NCBI GenBank assembly: GCA_030634545.1
Contig: DAOWAN010000001.1
Coordinates: forward strand, 15,010-79,009
DNA from: Candidatus Nanohalarchaeota archaeon
GTDB taxonomy: Archaea; EX4484-52; B79-G9
Direction: 5' to 3'
Length of the DNA: 64,000 nt
Both the position numbers and the translations under genes were made by a program. Below the pieces are notes generated by a model. It saw only the letters and a list, made by a program, of their open reading frames with translations. It made no database searches and was not told the origin of the DNA. Positions 9,167 through 19,671 of the stretch are shown here, in pieces. How positions within the stretch are numbered: the first letter of the stretch is position 1; every line of letters begins with the position of its first letter.

Positions 9167-11113
9167 TTATTTTTTACTGCCTTTATCCTTATCTTCATTT
9201 TCCACCTTATAATCTGCATCAACCACTTCTTCATCGCCTTTTTTCTTCTCAGTCTCACCAGGTTTTGCCTGCTCTTTTTGTGCCTGCTCTTTTTGCGCTT
9301 CCTCATACATTTTCGTGGTCAATTCATATATTGTGGCATTCAGTTCCTCTATTTTCTTCTTGATTGTCTCAGTATCTGCCTTTTCGTCTTTCAGTGTCTC
9401 TTTCAGGGCATCTATACCTGTTTTAATTTTTTCCTGCGTACCCTTATCAACTTTGTCACCGTGATCTTTGAGGGTCTTCTCTGCTGTGTAGACTATACTC
9501 TCTGCCTGATTCCTTACCTCAATTGATTCTTTTTTCTTCTTATCTTCTTCACCGTGCTTTTTTGATTCCTCTTCCATTATTTTAATCTCTTCTTCTGAGA
9601 GACCGGATGCAGGCTTGATTGAGATTGTCTGCTCTTTGCCAGTTCCATGATCTTTTGCAGACACATGGATTATCCCATTTGCATCTATATCAAAAGTCAC
9701 TTCAATCTGTGGAATGCCTCTTGGAGCAGGCGGGATTCCTATAAGATCAAACCTGCCAAGTGGATGGTTATCCGCAGCCATTGCACGCTCTCCCTGGAGT
9801 ACATTTATTGTTACAGCAGCCTGGTTATCAGCCGCAGTTGAGAACACCTGCGATTTCTTGGTTGGAATTGTCGTATTCTTCTCAATCAGTTTTGTAAAGA
9901 CACTACCAAGAGTCTCTATACCAAGAGATAATGGAGTCACATCAAGTAAGAGTACATCTTTTACATCACCAGAAAGAACTCCGGACTGGATAGCAGCACC
10001 GATAGCTACTACTTCATCAGGATTTACGCTCTTGTTCGGCTCTTTACCAAACAACAACTGTACTGCTTTTTGGACAGCAGGCATCCTGGTTTGTCCACCG
10101 ACAAGTATTACCTCATGTATATCTGATATCTTCAGGTCTGCGTCTTTGAGAGCTTGTTTGCATGGTGCGATTGTCTTATCTACAAGATCTTCTGTAAGCT
10201 GCTCAAGTTTTGCTCTTGTAAGTGTATAGTTGAAATGTTTCGGACCGGAATCAGTAGATGTTATGAACGGAAGATTTACCTCTGTTTCCTGCGCACTTGA
10301 AAGCTCAATCTTTGCTTTTTCTGCTGCTTCCTTGAGACGCTGGAGTACCATAGTCTCTTTTGATAAATCTACACCTTCCTGTTTTTTGAATTCTTCAACA
10401 AGGAAATGGATAATTTTCTGATCGAAGTCATCGCCGCCAAGGTGCGTATCACCATTTGTAGACTTTACTTCAAATACGCCGTCACCAAGTTCAAGTATGG
10501 ATATATCAAATGTCCCGCCGCCAAGATCAAATACAGCTATTTTTTCATCCTTCTTTTTATCAAGACCATACGACAATGCCGCAGCAGTAGGTTCATTGAT
10601 TATCCTCAAAACTTCAAGACCAGCGATTTTTCCTGCATCTTTTGTTGCCTGTCTTTGGGAGTCATTAAAGTATGCCGGAACTGTGATTACTGCCTTCTCT
10701 ACCTTTTCCCCAAGATATGCTTCAGCATCATTCTTCAGTTTCTGAAGTGTCATTGCAGATACTTCCGGAGCAGAGTATCCTTTGCCATTTGCCTCTACCC
10801 AAGCATCTTTGTTTTTTGCTTCAACTATCTTGAAAGGCATAATCCTGATATCTTTCTGAACTTCCTTATCTGTAAATTTGCGACCAATCAGCCTTTTGAT
10901 TGAGAATAGTGTATTCTCCGGGTTTGTCACTGCCTGCCTCTTAGCTGTAAGACCTACAAGACGCTCTCCTTTCTTTGTGAATGCGATAATCGAAGGGGTT
11001 GTCCTGTTACCCTCTGCATTAGGGATAACCGTAGGCTTCCCGCCCTCCATCACTGCCATACATGAGTTAGTTGTTCCTAAATCAATTCCTATTGTCTTAG
11101 TCATAATATACAC
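9167..11113 (-). CDS. dnaK: chaperone DnaK (Hsp70)
   Basis: Hsp70 signatures are present: [19 protein letters not shown] and [11 protein letters not shown]. The true start is probably the [10 protein letters not shown] Met at 11104. Confidence 0.97.
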   Translation of the reverse strand: MYIMTKTIGIDLGTTNSCMAVMEGGKPTVIPNAEGNRTTPSIIAFTKKGERLVGLTAKRQAVTNPENTLFSIKRLIGRKFTDKEVQKDIRIMPFKIVEAKNKDAWVEANGKGYSAPEVSAMTLQKLKNDAEAYLGEKVEKAVITVPAYFNDSQRQATKDAGKIAGLEVLRIINEPTAAALSYGLDKKKDEKIAVFDLGGGTFDISILELGDGVFEVKSTNGDTHLGGDDFDQKIIHFLVEEFKKQEGVDLSKETMVLQRLKEAAEKAKIELSSAQETEVNLPFITSTDSGPKHFNYTLTRAKLEQLTEDLVDKTIAPCKQALKDADLKISDIHEVILVGGQTRMPAVQKAVQLLFGKEPNKSVNPDEVVAIGAAIQSGVLSGDVKDVLLLDVTPLSLGIETLGSVFTKLIEKNTTIPTKKSQVFSTAADNQAAVTINVLQGERAMAADNHPLGRFDLIGIPPAPRGIPQIEVTFDIDANGIIHVSAKDHGTGKEQTISIKPASGLSEEEIKIMEEESKKHGEEDKKKKESIEVRNQAESIVYTAEKTLKDHGDKVDKGTQEKIKTGIDALKETLKDEKADTETIKKKIEELNATIYELTTKMYEEAQKEQAQKEQAKPGETEKKKGDEEVVDADYKVENEDKDKGSKK

Positions 11114-11121
11114 CTCTGTTA

Positions 11122-11634
11122 TTATTCATTTTTCACTACCTTAACTTTTGATGCTCGTATCAGTTTGTTTTTAAAAGTATATCCTTTCTCAAGTTCCTCA
11201 CACACCACATTATCTTCATGATCTTTTGATTCTATTATCATCATTGCCTCATGCAGATTCGGATCAAATTCAGCACCATCACAATCTATTTTTTCTAAAC
11301 CCTCTTTTTCGAGGATACTGCACAAGCTTTTTTGTGTCATTTCTATACCACAGATCAATGCTTCAATATCATGATTCTTTTTTGATGCAGCAAGTGCGCG
11401 CTCAAGATTGTCAAGTATTGGCAGGAGATTCAACACCAGCTTCTCAAGTTCCCTTTGTGATGCACATTCTCTATCCTTTTCTACCCTTTTTTTATAGTTT
11501 TCAAAATCCGCTTGTGAGCGCTTGATATGATTTACATAATCATTAATTATCTTCCGCATTTTTTCAACATCTTTTTTAAGAGCTTTAATCTCTACCTCTT
11601 CCTTTTTCACCTTGTGTTTTGCTTCAGTCATCAT
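11122..11634 (-). CDS. grpE: nucleotide exchange factor GrpE
   Basis: 170 aa with the GrpE pattern ([13 protein letters not shown]...[12 protein letters not shown]...[16 protein letters not shown]). It sits immediately upstream of dnaK. Confidence 0.9.
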   Translation of the reverse strand: MMTEAKHKVKKEEVEIKALKKDVEKMRKIINDYVNHIKRSQADFENYKKRVEKDRECASQRELEKLVLNLLPILDNLERALAASKKNHDIEALICGIEMTQKSLCSILEKEGLEKIDCDGAEFDPNLHEAMMIIESKDHEDNVVCEELEKGYTFKNKLIRASKVKVVKNE

Positions 11635-11834
11635 ATCACCTTTAACGGAACCATTTTATCGTTTAGTTTTATAACTTTTTGTGTGATGACCGGGAAAAGA
11701 CATGTGACATCCACATCTCTTTGCATTCTTCCAATATCACCAAACAATTCATACAGCACCATCAAATTATACACACCATCCGGATTTTGTTGATAACTTA
11801 TAAACAAAACTTAAATGTTACAGAATCTTTTTAA

Positions 11835-12263
11835 ATGTTTGCATCCATAAATGTACGCATGAGGCGCTTCATACTAGCAGAGATTAAGAAGCCAAGAGAA
11901 AAGGGACTTGACACTGATGTCGAATGGATGTGCGAATGTCTGGGAATAGTCACCCCAAGAGACAGGGACAGGACATCCACAAAAATCCTTATGGTCATGC
12001 TAAGAGCCGCAAAAAAAGACGAAGGTTTGTCAAGTGACGATATTGCAGACAAAGTAGGCGTCACAAGAGGCACGGTAGTACATCACATCAAAAGGTATAT
12101 GAGTTCCGGTGTTGTTGTCAAGCACCACACAACCTACGAACTGCGCACAAACTCCCTACGCGACACTCTAAATGAGATCGAACTTGACATGGAGAGAACA
12201 ATAAGGCGCATGAAACAGATAGCGCAGGAGATTGATGATGAGATGGGCTTAAGAGAGAGATAG
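11835..12263 (+). CDS. winged-helix transcription regulator, divergent from grpE-dnaK-dnaJ
   Basis: 142 aa. The HTH-like segment is LSSDDIADKVGVTRGTVVHHIKRYMSSGVV. It shares the 200-bp divergent intergenic region with grpE. Confidence 0.5.
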   Translation: MFASINVRMRRFILAEIKKPREKGLDTDVEWMCECLGIVTPRDRDRTSTKILMVMLRAAKKDEGLSSDDIADKVGVTRGTVVHHIKRYMSSGVVVKHHTTYELRTNSLRDTLNEIELDMERTIRRMKQIAQEIDDEMGLRER

Positions 12264-12601
12264 TTATTCAATCCCGTCTTCTTTTACCATAGTCATTTAT
12301 TGGACAAATAAAGACAACGCAAATCCATAAACATACAACAAGCCACAACATTAGAAATTCCACTCATCTACTCAATCACATACAGACCTATCATATAGGC
12401 TTTGAAAAGTTTTCCGAAGGAAATTTTGGATGAGCGATAGCGAATCTTAAAGCCCGTGTTAGTTGTCCCTAACCAATTACATAGAATTGTTCGAGCGAAG
12501 CGAGAAAGTTGTCGAGTGGGCGTATGATTATCACATAAGCATTTATTATTTATAAGTAATACTAAGAGTTATATAGTTTTCTGTCTATAATTTATTATAA
12601 T

Positions 12602-13015
12602 GTGATATTGATGAATGATACGATGATTGATGATTTATTTGTAAAAAGCATTGAAAAAGACTCAATAAAGTACACTGATTTTTCAGTTGAATATAAAAGT
12701 AAAGAGGTTCTTGCAAAAAATCATGCTGATTTTTTCCTGAAATATTTAAATGGTTTAGGTAAAGGAGAATATTCTGAAAGTCAAAATCTTCGGAGTGGTT
12801 TTGAAAAAATTAATCCGAATTGTGAATGTTATGATATCAAAAAAGATGGATATGTCTCTCTCAAATCTTTTTTTGTCTTATTTGAACCAGAATCCGTACC
12901 TTCATTTGGTAAGCCTGTTAAAGTATCTATACAAACTATGGGGGGAGAAACAGAAATTTTAGAACAGTATGCTGCCTATTTAACAGATTTAAGTACTGGA
13001 TTTGAACAGGAATAG
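12602..13015 (+). CDS. hypothetical protein (137 aa)
   Basis: Intact ORF with no recognised motif. The start codon is uncertain (GTG at 12602, or a downstream ATG). Confidence 0.4.
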   Translation: MILMNDTMIDDLFVKSIEKDSIKYTDFSVEYKSKEVLAKNHADFFLKYLNGLGKGEYSESQNLRSGFEKINPNCECYDIKKDGYVSLKSFFVLFEPESVPSFGKPVKVSIQTMGGETEILEQYAAYLTDLSTGFEQE

Positions 13016-13051
13016 TGTATTTTTTCGTAGCCCACCCGTTAATTGCAACTA

Positions 13052-13645
13052 TCAACGTTTCTGTATACGCGATTTTTGGAATTTCAACGCATCTTTTACA
13101 GTACGGATATCTCGTTTTTTCATATGCCGATATAACTTGCTAAATACCTCCTTTGTTGCAAGTACATCACCCATGGCCCTGTGAGCCTGTTGATTATTTA
13201 TCTTAAGATTACTGCAGACACTTTCCAGGCAGTATGACGTTAAATTAGGTATCAATCTTCTAGACAGTTTGCATGTACATAGAGCATAGTTTTCTAACTC
13301 ATCGATATCAGTCTCTTTAAAGTAATGATTCAAAAAGTTGTAGTCAAATGTCGTATTGTGGGCAATGATTACATCATCACTTATGAATTCTCTTATGTCT
13401 GCACCAACATCTGTAAAAGTAGGAGCATCTCTCACCAGATTATTTGTTATACCTGTCAGGGATGTTATAAATGAAGGAATCCTTACTTGAGGATTTATCA
13501 ATGTTGAGTATTCATCAATTATATTGAATGTACTAGTATTATTCTCGATATTCACCTTTACAGCAGAGAATTCTGTGATTTTATTCACATATCTTGAGAG
13601 CCCGGTTGTCTCAATATCAAGCACCACAAATATTGCGTTTTCCAT
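13052..13645 (-). CDS. DEDDh 3'-5' exonuclease (DnaQ/epsilon-like)
   Basis: Exo I is VVLDIETTGL, Exo II is IIAHNTTFDYNFL and Exo III is HRAMGDVLAT. Confidence 0.8.
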   Translation of the reverse strand: MENAIFVVLDIETTGLSRYVNKITEFSAVKVNIENNTSTFNIIDEYSTLINPQVRIPSFITSLTGITNNLVRDAPTFTDVGADIREFISDDVIIAHNTTFDYNFLNHYFKETDIDELENYALCTCKLSRRLIPNLTSYCLESVCSNLKINNQQAHRAMGDVLATKEVFSKLYRHMKKRDIRTVKDALKFQKSRIQKR

Positions 13646-13766
13646 ATTATCGCCATCAGCATTCTTTTCTATAATATCTATTCATTGATATAGCACGATA
13701 CTTATTTTAATATCATATTTATATGGATATACTTCTCCCCTCTCTCATCATTATCTTTCTTGCAAA

Positions 13767-14756
13767 TCACAGACCAAGCATATCACCAAAGACTGCAAAC
13801 AGAAGCGCTTTTGCTGTAAAGAATATTACCAGTGCAAGACTTACAAAGACAGGACTGTATTTAACTGCGCCTTTAATATTACCGGACTGTATTTGTGATA
13901 TCAGGATACCTGAAAAGAGAGTCGTTATTATTAGCGCTGCAATTGAAAAGTAATGGAAGACTTCAAGATCAATATCTGGTTTTGAAATTTTCATCATGCC
14001 CTGATCTGCAAATTCTGAATCTATCTCACCCATATCATCCCACATACTTGTTGTTGATGTAACCAGAAATGCAGATATTGCAAAAAGGAATGGCGCGCCC
14101 AGTACAGCAGCCATAAAGATAAACATGACATACATCATTACACTGGACTGAATTTCTTTTTGAAGCATCTCAGTATTCCTGATATCTGCAGCAGTTTCCT
14201 CAAGCAGTTTTGCTACTGCACCGCCGGACCTCAACCCTTCTACCAATAAACCAACAGTTCTTGCAAGTATAGTGGATTTTATTTTTGTTGTAAGACTCTG
14301 GAATGAATCTTCTATTGACTGACCGCCGTATATCTGGAATGCCACTCTTTTGAATTCCTGCCCAAGTTCCCCGAATTCCGGTCTTGCTGAGAAAAGAAGC
14401 GCACGGTCAATAGTCAATCCTGACTTGATATTGGATGCAGTCAAAAGCAGCAAATCAGGCAGGAGCTGTTCCATTGCTTTCCTTCTCGACTCTGCTACAA
14501 GTGAATAGATGACATAAGGTGAGATTAGCCCCACTAATATGATTATAGCCGGAGGTATGATACTGAGCCACAGTGGAGCATTGACAAGACCAATCAGGAT
14601 GAAGAAATCCACAAATGCCATGATATAAAACGCGATGAATAACCTGAATATAAAACTTTCCTTGAAGCTTTCCTGACCAGCAAAACGTGCTTCGCTTTCA
14701 ATGAGTTCCCGGTACCTCTTCGGAAGCATGTTGTAGATTAATATCTCGTAATTCAT
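13767..14756 (-). CDS. type II secretion system F-domain membrane protein (TadC/FlaJ-like)
   Basis: 329 aa and polytopic. The T2SF-type cytoplasmic segment is LPDLLLLTASNIKSGLTIDRALL. It is co-operonic with the ATPase. Confidence 0.75.
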   Translation of the reverse strand: MNYEILIYNMLPKRYRELIESEARFAGQESFKESFIFRLFIAFYIMAFVDFFILIGLVNAPLWLSIIPPAIIILVGLISPYVIYSLVAESRRKAMEQLLPDLLLLTASNIKSGLTIDRALLFSARPEFGELGQEFKRVAFQIYGGQSIEDSFQSLTTKIKSTILARTVGLLVEGLRSGGAVAKLLEETAADIRNTEMLQKEIQSSVMMYVMFIFMAAVLGAPFLFAISAFLVTSTTSMWDDMGEIDSEFADQGMMKISKPDIDLEVFHYFSIAALIITTLFSGILISQIQSGNIKGAVKYSPVFVSLALVIFFTAKALLFAVFGDMLGL

Positions 14757-14762
14757 AATACA

Positions 14763-15632
14763 TTACACCCTGACCGTAGGTCTCTTTGTCTTTATAAGAT
14801 TTATAAATACCAGCTGAAATAATATCAGACCAACAAGAATACTCACAAGGATAACTGGCGGCAAGCCAGTTCCAGTAAAACTTGAAAGTATTATCATAAA
14901 AGTTATACCTAAAGAAGGCATAATTACACCAACCATCATATACATCAAGGTATACGGATTCAATTGTTGACCGTATTTTTTTATTGAAATCAACTGATCT
15001 TTGACAATATCATCAACGATATTACCCAAAGGGGACCCGATATCAGTTCCAGTCTTCATTGCATTCAGCAGCTGCCAGAAGGACCTCCTGTAAGAAAGTG
15101 ACGGATTTATAAGTATACTATCTTCAATTGCTTCGGTCTCTGATTTACCTCCATTGATGTCCTTGACAATTTTCTTAAATTCTTCAGAGACAGCACCATA
15201 CCCTTCTGTAACTGCGACAAGTGACTGATACAGTGGAATCCCGGATCTTACCTCAATTAGAAGGTGGCGCAATGCATTCGGCAGTTCCTGCTCTATCGCT
15301 CTAGCCCTTTTTTTTGCCTGGACCTTAGGTTTAAACATTGACGTGTAAAACATCATAACCGAAACAAGCGGTCCGAAAATGACAAGTATTTTCAATATGA
15401 GCAAAATTTTCAGATTTAATATAAGACCAATTATAATTATACCCGCAAGAAGCATCACAGTCTGATTGACAGTCATATAAATACTGATTGCGATATGCTG
15501 TCTTAATGTAAGATTTGTCTGTGACTGCATGAGATCCATAGTTACAGATGAGAATGTCGGCTCCAGTTTCCCTGCAGTTCGCAGGTATTTTCTGGACTTG
15601 CTGAGAAAATATTTTTTCCTTAATGTCTTCAT
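14763..15632 (-). CDS. type II secretion system F-domain membrane protein (TadB/FlaJ-like)
   Basis: 289 aa. The T2SF-type segment is LPNALRHLLIEVRSGIPLYQSLV. It lies between the ATPase gene and the second T2SF gene. Confidence 0.75.
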   Translation of the reverse strand: MKTLRKKYFLSKSRKYLRTAGKLEPTFSSVTMDLMQSQTNLTLRQHIAISIYMTVNQTVMLLAGIIIIGLILNLKILLILKILVIFGPLVSVMMFYTSMFKPKVQAKKRARAIEQELPNALRHLLIEVRSGIPLYQSLVAVTEGYGAVSEEFKKIVKDINGGKSETEAIEDSILINPSLSYRRSFWQLLNAMKTGTDIGSPLGNIVDDIVKDQLISIKKYGQQLNPYTLMYMMVGVIMPSLGITFMIILSSFTGTGLPPVILVSILVGLILFQLVFINLIKTKRPTVRV

Positions 15633-15649
15633 TTAATCGCATCCGAAAA

Positions 15650-18166
15650 CTATTCATGTGTCTTTTGATTGTCAGAGTCTTCTGATTGAGTAGAGGATTT
15701 TTGTTCAGGGGCGATCTCAGAATACAGTTCCGGACCCAGCAATTCTTCTGGTGATGTAGATGACTTTGCAAGTTTTACAACTGAATTTTCATCGCGATAG
15801 TATTCTGCAAAGACTTTTCCTACAGTATTTATTGTTTTTATCTGATATTTTATCATCCATTCAAGTATTTTTGCCTTATTTACCAGATCAATCTCGATTT
15901 CTTCAGTGCTCATTCCAGTATATAATTGAATCTCTTTGTATATCCTGTAAGATTTATTTACTTTTTCAATTGTGTCTGTCCTTGGATTCCATTGGTATAT
16001 GACATTCAGAGCATCTTCACCTTCTCCTTTAATTATCTCTGCTACTTCAAGTGTCCTCCTTACTCCCTTTCTACGATGCCGATATTGGACGACAATAAGA
16101 TGCAGAGCGCTCAGTGAACTTTTAGGAAGATTTATCGGGGGATTAGTTAACCTTTTTCGGACCTCTTCAGCTTTATCACCATGAAATGTTGCATATGCTG
16201 AGTGCCCTGTTCTGATAGCCTCAAACATGACTTCTGCTTCTTTGGCTCTTCTGATTTCACCGATGATTATTCGATCCGGTCTCATCCTCAACGAATTAGC
16301 AAGTAGGTCAAGCATAGTGACCTGACCCTTACCTTCTGGATTTGCTCCCCGTGATGAAAACGGTACCCAATGCAGGAACTTTGGAAGGTTTATCTCACGC
16401 GTGTCTTCTATGGAGATGATTCTCTGGTTTGGCGGCATGAAAGGCATCAATATGTTCAGCATTGACGTTTTCCCGGAAGCAGTACCGCCAGCAACCAAGA
16501 TATTCAGTTCATATTGTATAGCAAGCCAAAAAAGAGCAGCAACTTCTTTGCTTAGTGTCTTGACTTCAAGGAAGTGGATTATGGTCCATGGAGATCTTGA
16601 GAACTTTCTTATAGTTATTGTATTTCCATTAGTGGATATTGGAAAGAGTGTAGCATTTACCCTATCCCCAGTACTTAGATGCGCATCCATTAGCGGATTG
16701 AGGTTTGTTATTTCACGACCTACCCGTCGACCTATTGACGATGAGAAATTGTATATTTTATCTTCACTCTTGGTGAATACATTTGTTTTGAGCCAGCCAT
16801 AGTGCTTATGATATACCCAGACAGGATCCTTGTGGTTGTTGATTACTATTTCTTCAAGATATGGATCACTTAAAAGCAATTCTATATCTCCAAGCCCAAG
16901 CATTTCGTGTATCAGATTGCCCGATAGTGTCTTTTTCTCTTTATCAGATACATTGGGAAGATAGCGATCAAGCAGATCGTAGGCTTTCTTCATGAATTTT
17001 TCTTTGACAACACTAAGAGCAGAAGGATCTACAAACTCTTTTGTGGTTATCTGGACGAGCATGATAAGCTGCTCTCTTATGGCATTTAGTATCGCAAGTG
17101 TACCGATAGTAACCATAGGTCGTTTTAAATAGTATATTGGAACATATTGAGTAGGCACATTGTATACTGTGACTGTTGCATAGACATCATCTGCATTGAG
17201 GTTATATTTTTCAATTTCAGTGCCAGTACTAACATCTATGTCTCTCTGATCATTTACTTTTTTCAGTATTGAACTTACTGCAATTCTTTTGTTATTATCC
17301 TTTTCTGTAGTTTCGTTTCCGGTTTTGTTATTGCTTTGTATAATTTCTTTGGTTTCTTTTGTCTTTTGATTATCACTTGCAGCTTTTGTCACATCTTTTT
17401 TCAGGACCATCGTTTTATTTTTTTGCAGTTTTGTAGAGACTCCATCAGTATTATCCGATTTATGCACCTTTAGAGTTTGTGTGAGACGCGGAATCATCTC
17501 TTTTTGTGTTGTCGCAGAGGATTTAGTTTTTTGCTGTTCGCTCTTGATTTTCTCCTGCATCTTCTTCCTGATTTCATCTTTAGCCTTCTTCTGGCTTTGC
17601 CCCGTAGACCCTGATTTGCCTTTACTTGAATCATTCACTTTCTGCATTTTCTTCCTGATTTCATCTTTAGCCTTCTTCAGGCTTTGCCCCGTAGACCCTG
17701 ATTTGCCTTTACTCGAATCATTCACTTTCTGCATCTTCTTCCTGATTTCATCTTTAGCCTTCTTCTGGCTTTGCCCCGTAGACCCTGATTTGCCTTTACT
17801 TGAATCATTCACTTTCTGCATCTTCTTCCTGATTTCATCTTTAGCCTTCTTCAGGCTTTGCCCCGTAGACCCTGATTTGCCTTTGCTCGAATCATTCACT
17901 TTCTGCATCTTCTTCCTGATTTCATCTTTAGCCTTCTTCAGGCTTTGCCCGGCAGACTCTACTTTGTCTTTGCGCGAAACATTTTTCTCCTGCATTTTCT
18001 CTCGAATCTCTTCCTTCGCTTTTTTCAGGCTTTGTCCAGTGTCTGTTTTGTTGTTCAGAACATGAGACTTTATATCGCTATGAGAAGTAGCACTCTGATC
18101 TTTCGACTCAGTATCTTCTGTTTTTTTTTTCATAAAATCAAGAATTCCCATAATTACACACATCAA
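15650..18166 (-). CDS. type II/IV secretion-family ATPase (FlaI/TadA/VirB11-like) with long Lys-rich repeat N-terminus
   Basis: Walker A is LVAGGTASGKTSMLN, with the Asp/Walker B region RMRPDRIIIGEIR and then FHGD. About 330 aa of low-complexity N-terminal extension precede the ATPase core. The start may be the MGILDF Met. Confidence 0.85.
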   Translation of the reverse strand: MMCVIMGILDFMKKKTEDTESKDQSATSHSDIKSHVLNNKTDTGQSLKKAKEEIREKMQEKNVSRKDKVESAGQSLKKAKDEIRKKMQKVNDSSKGKSGSTGQSLKKAKDEIRKKMQKVNDSSKGKSGSTGQSQKKAKDEIRKKMQKVNDSSKGKSGSTGQSLKKAKDEIRKKMQKVNDSSKGKSGSTGQSQKKAKDEIRKKMQEKIKSEQQKTKSSATTQKEMIPRLTQTLKVHKSDNTDGVSTKLQKNKTMVLKKDVTKAASDNQKTKETKEIIQSNNKTGNETTEKDNNKRIAVSSILKKVNDQRDIDVSTGTEIEKYNLNADDVYATVTVYNVPTQYVPIYYLKRPMVTIGTLAILNAIREQLIMLVQITTKEFVDPSALSVVKEKFMKKAYDLLDRYLPNVSDKEKKTLSGNLIHEMLGLGDIELLLSDPYLEEIVINNHKDPVWVYHKHYGWLKTNVFTKSEDKIYNFSSSIGRRVGREITNLNPLMDAHLSTGDRVNATLFPISTNGNTITIRKFSRSPWTIIHFLEVKTLSKEVAALFWLAIQYELNILVAGGTASGKTSMLNILMPFMPPNQRIISIEDTREINLPKFLHWVPFSSRGANPEGKGQVTMLDLLANSLRMRPDRIIIGEIRRAKEAEVMFEAIRTGHSAYATFHGDKAEEVRKRLTNPPINLPKSSLSALHLIVVQYRHRRKGVRRTLEVAEIIKGEGEDALNVIYQWNPRTDTIEKVNKSYRIYKEIQLYTGMSTEEIEIDLVNKAKILEWMIKYQIKTINTVGKVFAEYYRDENSVVKLAKSSTSPEELLGPELYSEIAPEQKSSTQSEDSDNQKTHE
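17516..18037. repeat. 87-bp in-frame tandem repeat (about 6 units) inside the ATPase gene
   Basis: The sequence tttcatctttagccttcttc recurs at 17572, 17659, 17746, 17833 and 17920. It encodes the 29-aa unit GQS(L/Q)KKAKDEIRKKMQKVNDSSKGKSGST. The four internal units are nearly identical and the first and last are diverged. Confidence 0.9.
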
Positions 18167-18324
18167 AATATATTAATATAGAAATATACCTACGGTTGTT
18201 AATATAGTTTATCAGGCAGTGGATATAAGTTCTGAATAGACATAGATTTATGAAGTAGACTATTGAACAAATCCAGTACCAATTGAGCCCATCCTACATC
18301 AATTACCAGATTAATCAATAGTTT

Positions 18325-18437
18325 GTCAACAACCGCCGGTCAATAGACCTGCGGCATGCCTTGCATGCCCACAAGTATCACCAAAGTTGTTGACATGCGA
18401 AGATTCCGCATGCCGCCACTCAATAGAGTAGCGGAAT
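18325..18437. other. GC-rich nested-palindrome element (candidate structured RNA or degenerate hairpin-array relative)
   Basis: An outer stem gtcaacaac (18325-18333) / gttgttgac (18386-18394) encloses ggcatgc-ctt-gcatgcc. It is followed by catgcg-N7-cgcatg and attccgc-N22-gcggaat. The region is locally much more GC-rich than its flanks. Confidence 0.4.
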
Positions 18438-18685
18438 GTTCAGCATTTCAATATACTTTCAGTCTTTCCAGCACAGATGAAAATAACAGCACCACTATAA
18501 CTAGAATCGTAAAACAATCTAAAAATCAAAGATAAATATTACATAAAAGAGACAAAACTACAACCATAACAGCCGAGCTCACTTTTTCTTCCTGTGCCTC
18601 ATTTTTTTACTCTTTTTCTTTAGCTTGTGTTGTCTCATTTTCGAGGATTTTCTCTTTTTACCGCAAGGCACATTGTCCACCTGTC

Positions 18686-19447
18686 TTATATTTTAGATAT
18701 TATCTTCCTGATGACACTGTATTTCTTATCGAGAGCTCTGCTTTGCTTCCTGATATCAAGGATATCTTTTTCAATCTCTTCAATTTTACCTGCCATATCT
18801 GAAGGATGCTCCTTACTAATTGCTTTTGATAATCTTTTAATGATTTCGATATCTTTAAATAATCTGTCTTTTTGTGCTTCAAATATCTTCAGATTCTTTT
18901 CTGTTTTTTTAATCTGATCTATCTTGGTTTTGATTATCTGATTGATCGTGAGATTATCTTTTTTTATTTTAGACTCTTCTTCTTCAATCAACTTGAGGAG
19001 TTTTTGCAGATTGTCTTCACGCGCACTGATTTCTTTTAGCTTATTTTCCAGTTTTAATGACTCACCATATTCTCTCTTAATGACATCCTCAAACCTCTCG
19101 ATAGACTTATGTTCTTCACGCATCATTTTTGCTTCTTCTTTTACATTCTGCTCTATACCTGATACTTCACTATCGATTTCATCCCTCAGTCCCTCAACTT
19201 TATTTTTTTTCTCTTTTACATTGCTTACCTTATTAGTCAGTATAAGTTTACCGGAGCGATCGTATTCTACAGAGAGTATGTTTTCTTTGCTCAATATTTC
19301 TGCCCATGTTTCAATAGTCTCAACAGGCAGAGATAACTCTTTAGAGATATCATTAGCACTTATTGACTTTCTTTCTGATACAATTTCCAGCAATTGATCA
19401 ATGCCTGTTTCCAGCATTGCTTCTTTCCATTGAGCCAAAGCTCTCAC
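18686..19447 (-). CDS. coiled-coil protein with N-terminal winged-helix-like segment
   Basis: 253 aa. The N-terminus reads LLEIVSERKSISANDISKELSLPVETIETWAEIL, followed by about 170 aa of Glu/Lys-rich heptad-like sequence. It lies upstream of and co-directional with the ATPase operon. Confidence 0.5.
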   Translation of the reverse strand: MRALAQWKEAMLETGIDQLLEIVSERKSISANDISKELSLPVETIETWAEILSKENILSVEYDRSGKLILTNKVSNVKEKKNKVEGLRDEIDSEVSGIEQNVKEEAKMMREEHKSIERFEDVIKREYGESLKLENKLKEISAREDNLQKLLKLIEEEESKIKKDNLTINQIIKTKIDQIKKTEKNLKIFEAQKDRLFKDIEIIKRLSKAISKEHPSDMAGKIEEIEKDILDIRKQSRALDKKYSVIRKIISKI

Positions 19448-19671
19448 CTCTCGGATAAAACAATAAGTTTGTTGTTATATGCACATATTTATTCTAGGAA
19501 ACATAAATATAATAGTATCCTTTATATTTTATATGGTTGCCTTTATAGTTTTCAGAGATATGTAAAAATGCGAGTTCCATTTTGGACACACATATAATTA
19601 CTAAAACCAGTATTTATACACAACTATAACTATAACAATATAAACTAGTTCTATATATAGAATATATATTT

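Noticed and set aside
8144-11144. Many plus-strand ORFs of 60-290 aa lie across dnaJ, dnaK and grpE (for example 8144..9007, 9714..10229 and 10406..10903).
   Set aside because: They are antisense to unambiguous chaperone genes. Their translations are low-complexity and carry no motifs.
15331-15771. A 146-aa minus-strand ORF overlaps the ATPase 3' end and the TadB-like 5' end.
   Set aside because: It is out of frame with two well-supported genes that already tile the region. Its translation has no membrane or enzymatic features.
17481-18065. A 194-aa plus-strand ORF has striking internal repeats (FLISSLAFF.LCPVDPDLPLLESFTFCIFF).
   Set aside because: It is the antisense reading of the 87-bp tandem repeat inside the ATPase gene. 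The sense frame joins seamlessly to a well-supported ATPase core.
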